Shown here piece after piece: positions 41,401-42,610 of a DNA stretch of 42,610 nucleotides. The position numbers and the translations under genes were made by a program. Position 1 is the first letter of the stretch. Every line of letters starts with the position of its first letter. Origin of the DNA: Candidatus Sysuiplasma jiujiangense (lineage in GTDB: Archaea; Thermoplasmatota; Thermoplasmata; Sysuiplasmatales; Sysuiplasmataceae); the NCBI GenBank assembly GCA_019721075.1, contig JAHEAD010000017.1, positions 1 through 42,610 on the forward strand, given 5' to 3'. A model generated the notes under the pieces. It was given only the letters and a program-made list of their open reading frames with translations, ran no database searches and was not told the origin of the DNA.

Positions 41401-42432
41401 CAAGGAGGGGTGACTGTACCGGTGGGCACATTCTCCTCGACAAACACGAGTCTTACGGTACCGCTCATCGAGGCCGTCTATGGTTTCAGCTTCAGTTCGG
41501 GCAGCTACTACATGTCCGGAAGCAACCCTTCGTCGTTTGAATTCTCACCTTACTGTTACCCGGGTATCGGGTTCTCTGTATACACCGGGTATGCGGTGAC
41601 ATTCGATGTCAGCAACCTGCCTTCCGGAACCGAGTGGAATCTTGAGGCCAGTGCTTTCAACGTCTATTTCTATCTGAGCGCTTCCACATCTTCCAGCACC
41701 CTTACTGTCACACTACCCGCCGATGGCGTTTACTACGCCATCATACCTGCAAACAGCTCGTTCCAGACATACTCCAACGATCTACTTGTGAATGCACCTA
41801 CAACAGTCAATGTAGCCATGCAGCTTAATCCTGGTTCACAGGTCACGGTGACATTCAGCGAAAGCGGCCTGTCCTCCGGTACATCGTGGCAGGTCACATT
41901 CAACGGACAGACACAGTCTTCAACGGCCTCAACGATATCCTTCACAACAACTCCGGGAACATACTACTACCAGGCATATTCAAACGGCAGCGTATCCCCG
42001 CAGAGCCCGGGTTCGCTGAACGTGCAGCACTCGATGACAGTGGATGTGTCGTTCTACGCACAGACATACACAGTGACCTTCATTGCGGCCGGCATCCCGT
42101 CAGGAGCGGCAATGACGCTGACCTTCAACGGCAGGACGGTGACGACCACAAGCCAGATTGCAGGCTTCATCGTTCCATCTGGCACATACGGCTTCACAGC
42201 GAGTGTAAAGGGATACACGCTCTCCTCCTCGACGACCACCGTCAAAGTCGGGCAGAACACAATCGTTCTGCTCCAGTTCAAACCGACCACGACGCCGAGC
42301 AAGACGAGTTCCATCCCCTCACTGCTTGTTGACAGCGGCCTCCTCATCCTGGGACTTGTGGTGGGCGCAGTCGTCGCCTATGCAGTCATCAGGCATGAAG
42401 CGTCCAGGAAGAAGGGCAAAGGAAACACCTGA
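38434..42432 (+). CDS. Thermopsin-family (peptidase A5) multidomain surface glycoprotein
   Basis: Signal peptide; AP.GIG.YG, VQLNAVL, YWTQNV, YDAE....GPGGG, AYD.GSETGET; Asn-rich beta-helix-like region with GGNFW.D; repeats; C-terminal TM helix and basic tail. Confidence 0.9.
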   Translation: MTGKTVAFSIAVALVLVISGAFAFAVTAVHPASAGTNAVAYSQQGSGISSAGGTALSSSSSSPQTTGSGVSSGAGPYPKSAAATSPYITAAKNAGVPLQYVYIPAPKRAPIINGNVVMPGYAQGPAPFGIGAYGIRNVSGTLEPFMYTTTAFNSSFNATQLNAFDVNSFDPNGLTVQLNAVLTGTTVDGVTGYTYWTQNVMFYDSYAHQFEMVDNIWNFSSPRATMPSSTIYSHTASQQAYPYAYIGVGPVINNVSTPFVANLSLQSAVVDGMSAVFFNYTLTFTNSSTGKMQQIGGVFDEVLFNSLNGVLGYSAPLPVYRVDGGNLTPTGYIPYDAEVGIIGPGGGSQINIQTISGTLNLDYKNAAGKMVNVPSAYDIGSETGETSTGIAEAWQPSGTVTLSSGPSLVYGMWDIAPFSGVTHYTGTISPANAFMFVSPGSSLSLGQYGYVTTSTGGKYSFWLPTGTYSQGVMMSYRNPESGPLSQSENIVLTMNSAMGVYTPLYAMGNAEAANISLSGNGTLGNPYLAYSNQPGYISPYFGMMNVYGFPVFSGIQIADTDVYINFNNSPSFSILYEQPQTSLYLGLLYFVPSVNNLGYVFYNTSNLSVYGAKLITGTIPADYAAGFYGANIMMWNSTHDLIANSTFVGNVFLPFQISVLIYDTGTMNGTNVLFGNHFLDSSLSFGLGIASSGNLIFNNYFADQAANVIQFPFNLYTLTSILYVDTWNVTPALTSTFVYHFNGYNLKGNIVGNATMGGNFWNDFVPGVSTLPFNDNGNIFVGGDYAPVTYSGASYAPYVPLIFFETGLAAGQSWSVNLSGYVQTTTSNMMTFYVLPNAVYSYIVGNVSGYIDFFGNPGSVFASSGANVVSLLFLPYYTITLKETGLPAGYSWEGAILYRGIFPVTSNTSSTDVMTFEWVPGTWYLGVSPTGYYYNFPEYYSYSFNITYVSLFSNVSGTMNMAPIYNNFTFTPIGIATGTPWSVTVWTMLQGGVTVPVGTFSSTNTSLTVPLIEAVYGFSFSSGSYYMSGSNPSSFEFSPYCYPGIGFSVYTGYAVTFDVSNLPSGTEWNLEASAFNVYFYLSASTSSSTLTVTLPADGVYYAIIPANSSFQTYSNDLLVNAPTTVNVAMQLNPGSQVTVTFSESGLSSGTSWQVTFNGQTQSSTASTISFTTTPGTYYYQAYSNGSVSPQSPGSLNVQHSMTVDVSFYAQTYTVTFIAAGIPSGAAMTLTFNGRTVTTTSQIAGFIVPSGTYGFTASVKGYTLSSSTTTVKVGQNTIVLLQFKPTTTPSKTSSIPSLLVDSGLLILGLVVGAVVAYAVIRHEASRKKGKGNT
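40831..42280 (+). repeat. About six degenerate 75-90 aa beta-sandwich repeats within the thermopsin gene
   Basis: FFETGLAAGQSWSV, LKETGLPAGYSWEG, FTPIGIATGTPWSV, FDVSNLPSGTEWNL, FSESGLSSGTSWQV, FIAAGIPSGAAMTL. Confidence 0.8.
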
Positions 42433-42610
42433 TCCGACGCGCGAAACAGACCGGAACACAAATCTTTTTCAGCTCAAATCCCTTAATTCTCTTTTATTTT
42501 AAGCGCTGCAGCAGTATCTCCGATCCTTTTTATGTTGCCGATAGGCATGTCTGACTGGATACTTTTGCAGGATACGAAGTAAACGCCATCCGCTTCGCAT
42601 TTCAAACAAC

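Overview
Archaeal chromosomal window, most consistent with a Thermoplasmata lineage: unsplit RpoB, split RpoA'/A'', CarS, PurP, Nep1, a DUF6015-like protein, a thermopsin-family surface protein and TATA-box promoters. Left end (1-8.1 kb): a visibly more AT-rich sugar ABC importer plus GH38 alpha-mannosidase operon that ends next to the 3' end of tRNA-Gln(CTG) and is probably an island. Middle: housekeeping genes (adenosine-kinase-like protein, Ser/Thr ammonia-lyase, nadE, intron-containing tRNA-Ser(GGA), GNAT, FixX-like ferredoxin, nep1, purP, DinB-like protein, RPA and its partner, a serC/serA-like pair, an ABC-2 exporter). Right: DUF6015-like gene, xpd, carS, pyrE, the rpoH-B-A1-A2-rpl30e-nusA cluster, a radical SAM gene, a DUF309 gene and a large thermopsin. 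No CRISPR array, transposase or integrase was seen. The best lead is the small gene just upstream of xpd: its core resembles the extended winged-helix wing of transcription factor TFE/TFIIE-alpha, but it has an acidic tail instead of the zinc ribbon. All calls come from reading motifs by eye; no searches were run.
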